DNA of 64,000 nucleotides from the NCBI RefSeq assembly GCF_009834535.1, contig NC_045707.1, positions 64,606,001-64,670,000 of the forward strand. The letters are read 5' to 3'. The notes under the pieces are model-generated. The model made no database searches. It had not been told where the DNA came from and saw nothing but the letters and a program-made list of their open reading frames with translations. Positions 11,708 through 24,889 of the stretch are shown here, one piece after another. The translations under genes and the position numbers were made by a program. Each line of letters opens with the position of its first letter. Within the stretch, counting starts at the first letter, position 1. Origin of the DNA: Camelus ferus. Taxonomy: Eukaryota.

Positions 11708-13149
11708 ACACTCCAAGCTGTCCACCCACTTCCCACCTCCCCTTGCCCTGAGCCTGTTTAAGCAGCTCTGGCTCAGCATGTCTCTCCCACAGCCTGGTAG
11801 CCATGAACTTATAAGCCATTCTTCTTCCCCCATCCTTCCACCCAGCCATGTCATCCTTCTCCCAGTGTGTGTGTGCGTGCGTGTGTGTGTATCTTCCCAA
11901 AAGAAATCATGGGGCATTAGGATAAGCTAGGCACATCTTCATAATGCAACCCATAGTACCATCATTGAGTAGTACTTGATTACTAAAAAGTGTTTTCTTT
12001 GATTGGCCAGGCTTTCATTTTATTTTGATCTAATTTTTTTTACTATGCTATACTTTGATGCTTTACTATGCTATGTCTTGGTATGAATTTCCATTTATTA
12101 ATTTTACTTGATTTCTAATCTTGCACCTTTTTTAAGTTCTGTAAAAAAAAAAATGTAGCCTCTGATTATGACTTCTGATTTGTTATGTCTTCCATCGCAA
12201 ATTCTCCTTCTTTGGTGCTGTTTCGTATATTACACACACACACACACATACATACACATAAGTCATTATTTTTCTAAGGTATCTTCTATTTCACTTATTA
12301 TCTCTTTTCCAGATTTTATTTCCACTTTTAAAGGGCGCATTACATTGGGCATCTTCCTATAGAATAGAAAGTATCAGCAGAGTCAGATTTTTCTATCTCC
12401 AAAAGGAATTCTAGTCAAGTAATTGCTTTCAATGTGCTTGAAAGTTACTTGTGTCATTCAAAAGAGGGAAACTAACAATTTGTGCATTTTCTTTATTATA
12501 ATTATACAAAAATTCCATTTCTATGATTGATTATTTCTGAGGCAATCATAGATGAATTGATAAACTTAGATACATAATTGCTTTCTTCAATGTATTTGAA
12601 ATATGGCCTTGATAGGATGCAGTCATTGCAAATTGTCTTACAGCTGCAGCTGTCAGTGCTAAGCTTTATTTTTTATAAACTAAGTGCTAAAACTTTTTAG
12701 ATTGGACCCAGGATGGTGCATCTTATTTTGAATTGTGTTCTAAGAGGAATTGTGTGTAGTGTGGAAACAATGTAGTAGCAATGGTACAATAAAGCTTTTT
12801 AAAAATAGCTTCAATATATTGTTCCATTGTGTAAGAACCTTTCCTCGCATTTGTCAAAACATGTCTTGCTCTTTCATGAACTGTAAAATGTATGGACCTT
12901 TTTTAAAGAACATCAAAAGAATTTATAGAACCCAAAACATCCAAAGATCGACTATTTTTACTGTAGTTTCATGGCACATTTCAACAAAGAGTTCAAGCAA
13001 TGGAAAGATGACCTTATTTGGATCGCCTTATATATTTCTTTAATGGATTTTCTTTCAACCCATCTACTTTAAAAGCCTTCAATACCCACATAAAAAATTA
13101 TTAGAATTCAGCTCTGGCTCAGTTTGGATCAAAGTATATACCTAGACGT

Positions 13150-13295
13150 GTGTCAGAGTCACCGGAGAAGCTTAGTAGAAATACAGGTGCTGGATTCCAC
13201 GCCAGATCTACTAAAACACAATTTCTAGGAAGACAGCTATTTCAACAAGCTCCAAATGTGACTGTGATGCCTACCAAAAGGTGCAAGCCACTGCT
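13150..13295. mobile_element. MER5A-like DNA transposon
   Basis: TCACCGGAGAAGCTTAGTAGAAATACAG..CCAGATCTACT..CAACAAGCTCC..CCACTG. Confidence 0.55.
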
Positions 13296-14206
13296 TTCAA
13301 ATTCGCAACACGTGGAAATTGAGTGTTAAGACTAAAGCTTCCTTCCTGTTTCTTAAATAGCTCAAGTTAGACGCAGAGACATCAAATGAAGGGGTAGCAG
13401 ACTTGGATATTCTGTAGGTTCTTTCTTTGGAAAAAAGGTGGTGGCCTAAAATGGAAAGGGGACTTGTTTGGTTTGGAGTGTTTTAAAAATACGTTTAGAA
13501 TGTTAATTAAAGACAATTACAGAAGACTAAAATTGTTTCCATAAGATATTCCAAATTTATATGTAATGATGATAAGCCGTGTTATTCGCAGAAGAAATTT
13601 CAAGAGTGTTTTGATCATTTGTCTAATTTGGGGAGAGTCCTGTTTTGTCCATTGACTTAATTTTGTAAGATGACTAGTAAAAAATAATTCTCAGGATGAG
13701 AACTTACCAACTGCTCCTTAGTGGAGAAGAGTAGGCACAGGTTGACAGGCTAAGACACATAATTACACACTGTGTATTTGGAAGCTTGTCTCTGTCCTCA
13801 CCCCATCATTACATCTTTTTTTTTGAGGGTCTGAGAGCTAAAATTGTCATAGTCGGTGATCAGCTCAAGGAGGTGGCACTGACCAAACCTCAAAATGACC
13901 AAAATGCTATACCATATACAGAATTTTTTACATTCTGAAAATAGACAAATATCTACTTAAAGGGACATTCTAGAACCTAATTCAGGACTGCCCCTTGGAA
14001 TTTGTTGAAAGGCATATTACCAATAGCACAGTTGTGTTGGTCATGTAGAAAATACACTAGGGATAAATAAATCTCCTGGTCTATGTTCACAGTGCCCAGG
14101 CACAATGACAGAGATAATAATTCAGGATTGAGAAAGGTAAAAACAATCAGAAACGAGGGAGAATGTCCAAAAACTTATCAAAGCCTAGATCTATTGGCTG
14201 TACAGG

Positions 14207-14432
14207 TAAAGTTGCCAGATAAAATATACAACACCCAGTTGTATTTGAATTTCAGATAAGTGACAATTTTTTTGTATAAAAATATTCCTAACATACAAAA
14301 TGACATATAATGTAATCTTTGGAATGTTGTATATTGGAGATATATTAAATATGCTGAATTATTGGTTGTTTATCTGAAATTCTAGTTCAACTGAGCCTAC
14401 TGTATTTTTATTTACTAAATCTGGCAGCCCTA
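14207..14432. mobile_element. MER53-like palindromic DNA transposon
   Basis: Long inverted termini GTTGCCAGATAAAATA..TTTGAATTTCAGATAA and TTTATCTGAAATTC..AAATCTGGCAGCCCTA. Confidence 0.7.
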
Positions 14433-15771
14433 TATAAGAGGTATTCTGCATAACCCTCCACAGCTTAAGGAAAATATGCTTATAATCGTGATTATTTGAT
14501 TAGCATTTAAGAGAACTGCTGGTATTTACACCTTGCTAAATTTTAAAAATATCTTTTCCATTTTAATCCTCTTTTTTGTGCTTCTCCCCGGCTTCTTCAG
14601 ATACATTACCATATGAAATATGTCAGTTGAAATTAAGAGTGGAAATAAATGAGATTCAAAAGGTGGATTAGTAAGGTAAATCAGAAAAGAGAAAATGGGA
14701 TGATTAACAGCCTTTTTAGAGGACCACCAGTCAGCATATAGTAGTTGCTTAGTAAATAGTTGTTTGAATGAATCAGTAAAAGAATAGTGAAAAAGAAAAT
14801 CTTTCTTCTGCCAGTCTTTAAACCAAAAACTTTTTGAAGTTACGGTTATCTAATTGGGCAAGATTTTATATCCCAGAGAAGGCTGATGCACTATGGAGTT
14901 GGTGGAAGCATGTAACACACCACCTTGGCGAATCATGTACAGACTTTCCCAGTGCCTCACATGGTACAATCATCCTGTAGGTCTTGTTACACAAGGTGTG
15001 GTCCAAAGACCATCAGCATATTAGCAAGATCCCCAAGAGATGGAGAGCACATTTTTAATATGATGGCTAGGTGAACCTAATTCACAAGCCAATTTTATTT
15101 TTTGAACTATGGACAATTCAGCCTTGTAAACAAAGCTACACATTCAACCCATCAGCTCTTAAATTAGTCAATTCAGGGTTCTTCCAGAAGATACAACAGT
15201 CCCATGATTTGGTACTCACACCATTAGGACTAGTAACGGTTGAAGACATGTTATTACTTCCCAAGGAATTGACAATCTCCATGACAAAGGCAAGTCATCA
15301 GTGGTAATCCTCAACCTGGTATTTTATTTAACAACCCCTTTGAGAAGCTGATGAAAGCTATGACATTCCCCTAGAGAGGAAAAGGACACATGCACATATA
15401 TTCAAAACTTTGCATGGAGTTTTTAGAGATTCATGGAACCCCCAACACCAATTCAGAGGACGCCCCCCCCAAAATGTTCATAGAGTAAATTTAATTCTTT
15501 CTTGTACACAGAGCTTGGGTTCTTTCTAACTGCACAGTTTCTGCAACTCTCCCTCCATCCTATGAAACTGATGTATGGATAAAAGATGGGTGAAATGGAC
15601 AAGGCAAATGAGCATGATCACACTTAAAGTATCGTCTGTTTTTTCATATAACAGAAGCTTATCTACTGCTTGTTATTAAAGAGGTATTCTTCCTCTAAGT
15701 AAAAGTGCTTTTATGTGATGAATTCATCACACATGAGGGTAATTTTAGCAATTGTCCTTTCTTTACTTCAG

Positions 15772-16010
15772 CTGGCCTGGGAGCGGAAGTTTCAGTAAGG
15801 ACCACTAGAAACACAGCTCCTCCTCAAATCTCCACCACTTTTAATGCACTTCCGTATAGCCCAGGACACCTAATTAGGAACATCACAGAGGCCTTCACCA
15901 GAAGTACTACAGGAAACAGCAGCCAGATGCAGGATCCCAGTCTGCAGATGGCTGGAATTACATCTTGGGACCCTTGGACTACACAGCCCTTCTCCAGCAC
16001 CACTGAAGAG
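15772..16010 (+). CDS. PTPRB: PTPRB long isoform exon 3, Ser/Thr/Pro-rich linker
   Basis: ctttacttcAG acceptor; (A)GLGAEVSVRTTRNTAPPQ...TTQPFSSTTEE; 239 nt, phase 1-0, donor GAG|GTAAGC; joins exon 33735 in frame. Confidence 0.92.
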
Positions 16011-18426
16011 GTAAGCTGAGAAGGGAGGGTATGGAGTGCGGTTTGTGAAGGTCTCAGAAAGCCCATCGCCTGGAAAGACTTGCTTTGCTGGATATGTTGC
16101 TATTCAAGTGGGCGATGGGGCACTCTGTGTCTTAGCTACTAATTGTACATGAATGCATTTCGTGGAATGAGAAAATCTTTGCGATAGAATTACAATTTCT
16201 GCACCCTCGTAAGGTGAAGATCATTAGGCTGCCATGTTATATCTGCACTCCTGTAGGTTGGCCCCATTTCTGAACCAAAGTCAAGGTTCACAGTCTTACG
16301 GTAACCTAGAACCAGGAAAGAGACGTTGAAATCAGTCCCTTGCAGGTCTCTCTGCATATGTGTCACAATCGTGTACGCTTATAAGGGAGGGGAAAGAGTC
16401 ACAAAGCAGTGGAAGATTTAGGAATCACTGTAACTGATTTGTGCACGTCAACAAAGATAAGCTGAGTCACGTAGCAATCCCTGCATCAGCGTCTACCCGA
16501 GGACAGATAAATAGCTGAGAAGCAGCGATGACAGGACCACAGAGTCTGTCCCCATAGCGTTTCCATTTATGGGGTTCATCTCTTGGATTTTGCTTTCCAC
16601 TCAGGGTCTTACACTGTCATTTTAGGCAGTAACAGTGTAATTAAAGCAAAATTTAAAAGCTAAGGTTCCATTTGGCAGTATTTAGCTGTTTTCTAATAAG
16701 CAACCCAAATAATTTAAAGCAAGTAAAAGCCAACGCCAGGCATGTGACTTAACTGCCACTTTAGTGCTCTGGTTTCTTTCGTGTTGTGCAGAAACCAATA
16801 CTGCATATGGCGCCCGGCTGGTGTACACACATTTCATGATTGGTGACAAAATACGTACAGCCAGTACTGTAAATCTTCCCTGCAACCTAGTTCTCCCCAT
16901 GCCTCTGAACAGACGTTTGGAAGGCCTCCTGACTTTTCTTGACACTCTTTATGTCACTTTAAAACTCAACACTCACTCTCAACCCATTAGCAAAAGTAGC
17001 CATTTCAGAAAATATCCCAAATTCTAAATTCACTTAATAGCTTCTCCTCTCCCATCACGTCACCCAGTTTGGTCTTGAAATAGGGAAAGGGAGTGTGTCC
17101 ACCTGGCTCTGTACCCCCCTGTCCTGGCTGGATCATTATGGTTTCAGGTCTGTGGACTTGAAAAGAGGAGAGGGAAGCTAGGAAATGGGACAGGAGAGCT
17201 GTTCCTCAAGGAGGCCGTCTTGCACAGGTTCTCTGCTCTCCTTAAATCTCCACCTCCTGAGCCCTTTCAGCCACAGGTCAGTGAGAGGGTCACACTTGCT
17301 CTTGAAGTTGAACGCTTCCTGGTGGAGCTGAATGTACCTCAGCTAAAACCCCACTCTAACGTCAGCTCATGAGAATAGTCTCACAGCTGAGTTTAAATAT
17401 ATATGCATACGTATTTAGTATATACAAAAAAAATTGTGTCAAGTAAGAAACATGCTGAATAAGTGCTTCAGTAAAAACATATCTTCCTGAACCCTAGAAA
17501 GTTGTCTCTTAGCAAAAAGAATATTTCCCCATTTTTGCCCACGTTTGAACATTGTGAAACAAACACACAGAGAACTCCCGGGGGTGGCCGGGCTCTTTGG
17601 GGCCGAGTCAGGGACAGACAGCTCCAGCTCTTTGTGGGAGCACACCAGTCCTTGGGCCAACACAGCGCCGTGTTCCAGAGCTCACATGATCCCCACTCCA
17701 GAGCTGGGTGTGCAGGCTCGGATCACGGCAAACACACTGCAGGGTTTTTGTTTATTCATTTTTAGTTTGTTTCTAAAGTGAAGTCCCCTCTAAAGTTTAT
17801 ATGAGCTCCCAGGTGGAACACCAGAATTACTAGGGAGACAACTACCTCATGTTATGTTTTTCTCTCGAAGCTCAGGCGAAATCTTAACTATGTCCTGGGA
17901 AGCTGGGTGTATAAAAGCTATGCTCCTTCCAAAGGCAGTTTCTAAAACTGCAGTTCTCCGTGACTTTCATGCCTTAGGAGAGGCAACCCTGCCAAGATTA
18001 TCAGCTGGTTTTGCAGGAGCAGTTACTTTATGACAATCGGTTATAAACACTTATAGTTAAATACTTTGAAAAATAAAAATGAGTCACTTGGGAGATAAAA
18101 ATCCCTCTCCACCAAGTATAATTTTGAAACGTACTTTTACCTCAACACCTAGAAGGGTATGAGAGAGGAAGAAAATTGTTCAATGTAATCGCTTGAAATT
18201 GTGTGAAAAGAAAATCTTTGTGTGCCAGTTAATTTTATCAGCTAGCACCTGGTTTCTGAGGATTTTGGATTGACTCGGTGTCGATGGGCCATGAGTTGGA
18301 GTGGTCTGTTATCCAGCGATAACAGGAAAAGTCTGAAAGTGAGCTTTTGGAGGGTAGGCACTGTATTTATTCAGTTTTGTTGCTCCAGCACCTGAACGTA
18401 ATGCTGAATACTTACTGAAGTTGTGT

Positions 18427-18685
18427 AGAAAGGAAAGGAAAAGAAAGGTGAAGAGTGGAGTGGAGCAAAATGCAGTGGAGGTGGAGAGTGAGAGGCAGCA
18501 GAATGGAAAGGAGTGAAATGGAGTGGAATGGAATGGAGTAGAGTGAAGAAGAGTGGAGTGGAATGGAATGGAATGGGCTGGAGTGGAATAGAGTGGAATG
18601 GAATGGAATGGAATAGAATGGAGTGGAATGGAGTAGAGTGAAGCAGAGTGGAGTGGAATGGAATGGGGAGAATGGGATGGAGTGC
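18427..18685 (+). repeat. Degenerate (GGAAT/GGAGT)n pentamer array
   Basis: Tandem GGAAT/GGAGT/AGAGT units seen directly. Confidence 0.9.
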
Positions 18686-19089
18686 TGGGGAATTGAGTTA
18701 ATTTAAGTAGCATACAAGTGGCTGGAATTGTTAACCACTTGAGTAGCAAATTACACGTCCATCTACTGCCAAGCTGTGACAGTCATGTTGAGTTATCATG
18801 CTTTTTATGTTGCCTGAGTGTTTTGAAGTTTGTGTGTATCTAGCGTTCACTATGTTTCTGTTGCCTAATACATACAGTTTCACTCAGGGGCTAATTATCC
18901 AGTGCCTTTTTCTCCTTTCTAATTTCTCCATTTCGCTTCTTAATCACCCTTCAACTACCCCTCCCCGCCCCAAATGTAAAAGAAACAAAGGGAAGGCGGC
19001 AATGCCGACTGTTCAGTGACTGGAAAATGTTCAGGCACAAGACAGATATTTCTGGGTACTTCCTGAGGACCTAACTAGTGTCTGCCTCT

Positions 19090-19255
19090 TACTAGCTAAT
19101 GACCAGGCCTCAGTTTCCTCATCTATAACAATGATCCTTCCACCTCTTAGGGCTGTTATGAGGACTGGGAGAGACAATGCCTGTAAAATGCTCACCACAG
19201 TACTGGCTCCTTAGTAAGCATCCCAAAAATAATGGCTCTTATTGCTATTATTTTA
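19090..19255 (+). repeat. MIR SINE
   Basis: GCCTCAGTTTCCTCATCTATAA..TAGGGCTGTTATGAGGA..TGTAAAATGCT. Confidence 0.7.
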
Positions 19256-20316
19256 CTGGGACACAAAGGTGAACGACAAACTGTCACCCTGAAGGAGCTC
19301 ACCATCTGATGAGGGGTTAAGGAAGATGCAGATTACACAGGCTTGGGTGGAATACAAAAGAGAGGTTCCTGACTGGCTTGGAGGTTTCAGGGAATGACTT
19401 CCGGTGGAAGGAATATCTAAACTGAGCTTCACGGGGTATAGGAGTTAACCTAGCAAGAGCTGGGGGGTGGGGGGGAGTAGGAGGTGGAAGACCTGAGATG
19501 AAACAGGATGGAAAGTTAGAAAGTGATGTCAGCTTTCACCTAAAATTAACATTTTAGAGAAACTTGGCAATTTTATCATGTCAATCCAAGCATGCATTCC
19601 ATGTTCATTTATCGAGCACCTACTATTTGCCAGACATTGTGGGGATGTGAAAATAAAGACTAAAGACGGTGTTACAGAATCACACAGAGAGCACAAGGTC
19701 GTCAAAATTATTTTATAAATTAGGATCAGCAGTCTGTTAAGAATGAATAAAAGACTTCGTCTGAGAGCCCTGTAGTAATACTCACACATGCGTGAATTGA
19801 ATGTACGCGGATGATCATCTCAAACACATGTTTTCAAATGCAGTCTTCACCTGGAAATGGCCACTAGTTCCTACTTGTTATTTTAATTAGTGACACTGTT
19901 AGATTATCTGTCATTCCTTTTGTTTCCACACATATGGGGGCACTAGGTAGAACTGAGTACACTTGACCTGAAATTGAAATCTAGAGAAGGAGAAGAACTG
20001 AAATACTAAGGTTTCATGCTTGGAAATGCAGTGCCATGACCACTAATTCACATTGATGGAGTGACCGCACTGTTCTAGATCCACAAACCAGGGATGAGCT
20101 GGGACTGGAACATGGGACTGGGAATGGAACGAGAAAGTGCAATGTATTTGTGCCTTCTTTTCCATCAAGAGTCCCTTTGAGTTTTGAGGAAGGGAACATG
20201 AAGAGATGCTTTACGCTATCTGCCAAGAAGAGAATCTAGGGGACAAAAATAGTAGCTAAGATCTGTGTGTCAGCACCTATGCTAAGCACTTTCCTACACC
20301 CTGGGAGGTGGGTACT

Positions 20317-20806
20317 TGTATCTGTTTTCCATCACCACGTAACAAAACTCAGTAGTCTCGAACAATGACAGCTTACTATTTCTCGTGATTCTGTTGGTCG
20401 CATTGGTCGTTCCTCTGCTGGTTTCCCCTGGGCTCACTCTTGCTCTTGTACTCAGCATGGAGGGTCAGCTGAGCTAGGAAATTCACACTAGCCTCTCTTG
20501 CAGGGCTGGCAGTCGATGCCGGCTGCAGGCTTGGTTCCCCTCTACACAGCCTCTCATCCTCCAGCAGACTACACCAGCTTCTTTATGTGATGGTTTGGGG
20601 AAGCTTTGCAAGAGAGGAAAGTTGGAAACGACAAGCCTAGGCTCTGTAGTCACACATTATTGCTGCCACATCCTTTGGTCAACAGATACACAAGCCAGGC
20701 CAGATTCAGGGGGTGGAGACATAGAGCCCTTTTCTTGATGGGAAGAGCCGCAAAGTCACATTGCAAAGGGTGGGAGGAATCTGTGGTCATTACACAACCT
20801 ACCATA
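20317..20806. mobile_element. MaLR solo LTR (MLT1 family), apparently interrupting a MIR
   Basis: TGTAT start; GTAACAAAACTCAGT, TCTCGTGATTCTGT, CCAGATTCAGGGGGTGGAGACATAG and CTTGATGGGAAGAGC motifs. Confidence 0.7.
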
Positions 20807-21397
20807 GTGTTTGTTAAATGATGCTGCTGCTGATGGTGCAGATGCCCAGCTTAAACTTCAAGAGGTCAAGGACTTGCCCAAGGTCAAATGACTTAGAGAG
20901 CAGCAGAGCAAGGAGGAGCGTACACACTCACACACGGACACACGCACACATCCCCCTGCACATCTAGTTACCTTTATTCTCTTGCACAGAGCTCCTATTA
21001 AAGAAGGTCAGTGCCAAGAAGGACGAGGTTCGGAACTCAGCATCATTCATCAATGCTGCTGCAAAGTTATCTTGAGCTGGCTCTTTTTGGAGCAATCTTC
21101 CCTGACTTTGCCCTTTCCCTCTCTTTCCTGACATCCTCCTCTGCCAGTTTAGAAGGTTGTAAACCTGGGCCAGCACTTGGCTTCAAAACTTCCTTTCTCT
21201 CATCCGGGACATGAGTTCAATGAATTGACATGTACCTATGCCTAGAGAAGTGCCTGGAAAATAATGTTTAATTAATATTAGCTACTGCTGTTCTTACTGT
21301 CACCATCATGGTATGATGTGGCTGTGCGTGTCTGTATGAGGACAAAGCTGGGGGAACAAGAAGCTTGTCTATAGTATGAGTCAGGAAATATCAACCT

Positions 21398-21566
21398 CAG
21401 TGCTTCTCCAACTGTTTCTCCAGATCCAGAACTTGTTAGAAATGCAACCACTTGGGTCCTACTCTAGACCCACTGAATCGGAAACTCTGGGTGTAAAACT
21501 GAGCAGTCTGTGCTTTAACAAGCCATCCAAGTCACACGGATGTATTTCTAAGTTCAAAAACCACTG
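21398..21566. mobile_element. MER5A DNA transposon
   Basis: CAGTGCTTCTC...AACTTGTTAGAAATGCAA...ACTGAATCGGAAACTCTGGG...TTAACAAGCC...AACCACTG. Confidence 0.75.
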
Positions 21567-24349
21567 ATCTAGATAAATCTGGTCCCTGACCCACAATCTC
21601 TCCCCTATGGACTTCTAAATGCTTTAGTTTCCCACCACTGGTGGTAATTTCGTGCATGCATAAAGAGGGGGTGGGAGGAGTGCCGTACAAGCAAAATCAT
21701 CAAGCAGGAGAAATTAATCTACCTAATTACAGCCTCCTGCTGTTACTTTGCAGAGCATACATTCTTGAAGAAACGGGGCCCAGGGAGCGTGAGTGGAGCC
21801 TCGGGAGATATGGAACTTCTATTAGACTCTAGGGTCTTTGTGTGAATTAGAAAAAGGAGTTTCTGGGCACAGAGTTCCACCGTGAATGCCCAAGACTCGG
21901 TACTAGAACATTGGCTGGGTTTCAGCCCCTGTGCACGCCCTCCGCCAGTCATCTCTGTGAGACTGACTGTCCCTCTGCGCAAGCCCAGCTGTAGAGCAGG
22001 CCAGAGGCAGGTGTCAGAAGCGGGCCCTGCATATACTAGCCATTCCCTATGGGCAGGGAGAGGCAGGCAGGGCTGGAGGCAGCAGGAAGTCAGTCTGTTG
22101 GGGAGCTGAGCAGTGAGGGGGCAGGATTAGATGTGGAGACCTGGCCTCCAAAGGGAGGGAAGACCAGCCTTGGACTTGAGTTTAGCTTCATGTGGGTTCG
22201 TCACCAGTTGTGGGTTCTGGCCAGCAGAAGTCCCACCGAGACGGAATGAATTACTCAAGACTCTGGGGAAAAGTCAAGAGAGCGAGAGGGAGTCGGGAGC
22301 CAACTCCACGAGAGCCTCTCAAATCTCTCATATTTATTGACTACAGTCAAAGCAGGAATTTAGGGAAGGACAGGGTGGGATCACAATGAGTACAAGGCTT
22401 TGTTTATTGTTGGTGTTTGGCTCAAGGTCAGAAGACCCTTTTTGCTGAATCATAATCTTGTTGAGCCTTTCAGTTTATCAGGGCAGAATGTATGAGAATC
22501 AGCTGCTTGACAAGATTTTCCTGGACTCAGGTGGCTGTGCCTGTCTTAGGTTGCCCCCTCAGGGGATCTTGCCCTCATTGGCTAACCAGCCTTCTCACCT
22601 CTGAGCCTGCAGCTTTTTACCATTCCAGCCCAAGGCCGTTTTGGGAATAGAAGACTAACAGCAGGCACACCCAGCGTTTGTAGCCGGGGGCCTGGGTCAT
22701 TGCTAAAACCTCAAGGCAGTTACTAAGCACATCTTCTTTAAGGAGATAAGCGGCTGGGATCTGTTACAATTTGTTAACCCAATCCTGGGCTCCCACAACT
22801 TCAAAATCTGACCAGCCTCCATTTATTCTTTGAGTTGTAGACTCTCAAGAGAGGTCCAGTCTGGACCGCCTTCAGCCATGTGACCTTCGGGGGAGGTAGT
22901 TGGATAAAATGGTAAAATGCTAGGCTCTGGTGTCAGAGAAACCTGGTTTAAACCCGAGTGGTGGAACCTACGAGTTAGTCAGGTCATACTTGCCTTCTCT
23001 CTAAAATAAGGAGAATGAAGGGACTCTAGCTGCCTCATAAAACAGTTGCGAGGATTCAAATCTGATTAAGCAAAGTGCTGAGTACATTGGCCACACAGGA
23101 TGCAGGATGCGCATTCAATACTGTCAGCAGTTAACACTGACGTCTTGTTTTCACTTCGTCATCCACCCTGCCTAAGGCACAGGGCTGTTGGAAGAGCCAG
23201 ATGAGCTAACGTTATCATGGGAGAATGCTCTGGAAGGAACACACATTAAAAATGTCACTGGCTGGTTCTGATTCTACTAAATATCCATAAATCTTGCCTG
23301 GAGGCACAGCCCCTTCTCCCCTTCCCTGCCCCGCCCTGGCCCTGGCCTGGGAGAAAGATCATATTTCCTCAGTTCATGAATAGCCATTGTGGTGCTGGTC
23401 TGGGCTTAACGGCTCTGTGCTTCCTTCCACGTGGCCCTGGAAGAGCTCACAGCCCGACAGGAGTCTCCAAATAAGTGAGGAGGCAAGTGCAGACCACCCC
23501 CCCCGCCTCCTCCCACCCCCCTTAAGTCTGGGGCCAATTCCATTATTGTGCTACTTAGATACAGGGGGGTCCCTCACTGCCACCACCACTCTGTGGCCAG
23601 AAGTAAAGATGGAACAATATTCCCCTTTACTGAGACAGACACCTAGAGGAAGAAGTGCAAAGAGGTAGCAAAGCTAAACACCCCAAAGCATCCCGGAGTC
23701 ATTCCTCATGACCAACGGAAGCGTCTTAGGTTGCCTGTTGTGAACAGGATAAAAGACAAACATTCCGAAACTGCTGATGGTGCAGGAAGCCCATGCTAGG
23801 GGGGTCCCATACCGTGGGAGGGATGTGGTCCTGAAGACCCTCATTTATAATTAGCATCACTCAGGTCTAATTCTGACCAAGGGATGTCGTTCTCGCATTT
23901 TGCCCGCTAACGTGGATGACCACGTGGCAGAGGCATAATATGGTTGATCACTCATTCGACTCCCCCACCAGCTTTAAAATCTCAAGGATTTTTCTTCTCT
24001 TTCATTTTCTCTTAGTGATAGGGGATTTGCCTGACTCTCCATTTTGTGCACAAAAAGACCGTGTTCATATTTTGTCAAAATATAAATCATAGGCACATAA
24101 AATGCAACGTAATATAACAGAACGTGTGCGTTGAAACGGGCTCTTGAACGAGCCGGTATTTCTCTGGCACATCGGTGCCGCTGGGCAGACGAGGTCAGAC
24201 CCACGTGAGGGTGGAGGCAGACGGGAAAGAGCACAGAAAAGGAGGGACGTGAGATCAAAGGAGAAGCCAGGATGTGGTAATTAAGATAGGAAGTCTGTTG
24301 ATCTCAGCTTTGGTCTTAACAGACATCAGAATCACCTGGGAAGCTTTTT

Positions 24350-24663
24350 TTAATTAAAAAAATTTTTTTTAAATTTTTTTTGCTTTTTGGGGGGCTTTTT
24401 TTTTGGTTTATGATATTGTATTATTTACTGGTGTATAGCATAGTGATTCAGTTATACACATATATACATACGCTTTTGCATTACAGGTTACTACCAGCCA
24501 TTGAATATAGTTCTCGGGCTGTACAAAAGGACCTTGTGGTTTATCTAGTCTGTGTTGTTTATCTACACTATCTGCTCTGTACATAGCGGTTTGCACCAGC
24601 CAGTCCCAAACTCCCAGTTTATTCCTCCCTTTCACCCCTTGCCTCCCTGGTAACCATGTTTCA
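24350..24663 (-). mobile_element. L1 3' UTR fragment inserted into a MER5-type element (~24303-24790)
   Basis: Poly-T start and an L1 3' UTR similar to those at 6367 and 53206; TSD GGGAAG(C/G)TTTTT at 24338-24349 and 24664-24675. Confidence 0.75.
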
Positions 24664-24889
24664 GGGAAGGTTTTTAAGGATACAGATTCTAAAATTCTCG
24701 CTCAGACCTACTGAATCAGAATTTACTGAGGTCACAACACAGCACCAGAGTGTAAAAATCTCCCCCTTGATTCTAATGTGCAATTAGATTCACGATTCCT
24801 TTTGAGAATAGTTGAATAATCAGCCTATTAGGGAAAAAAAAAAAACACTGAATGTGAGAGAAGCAGGAAAGTTCTGCTGGAGATATACC

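Noticed and set aside
18309..18749. 146-aa minus-strand ORF with HSIPFHS repeats
   Set aside because: Translation of the GGAAT/GGAGT array
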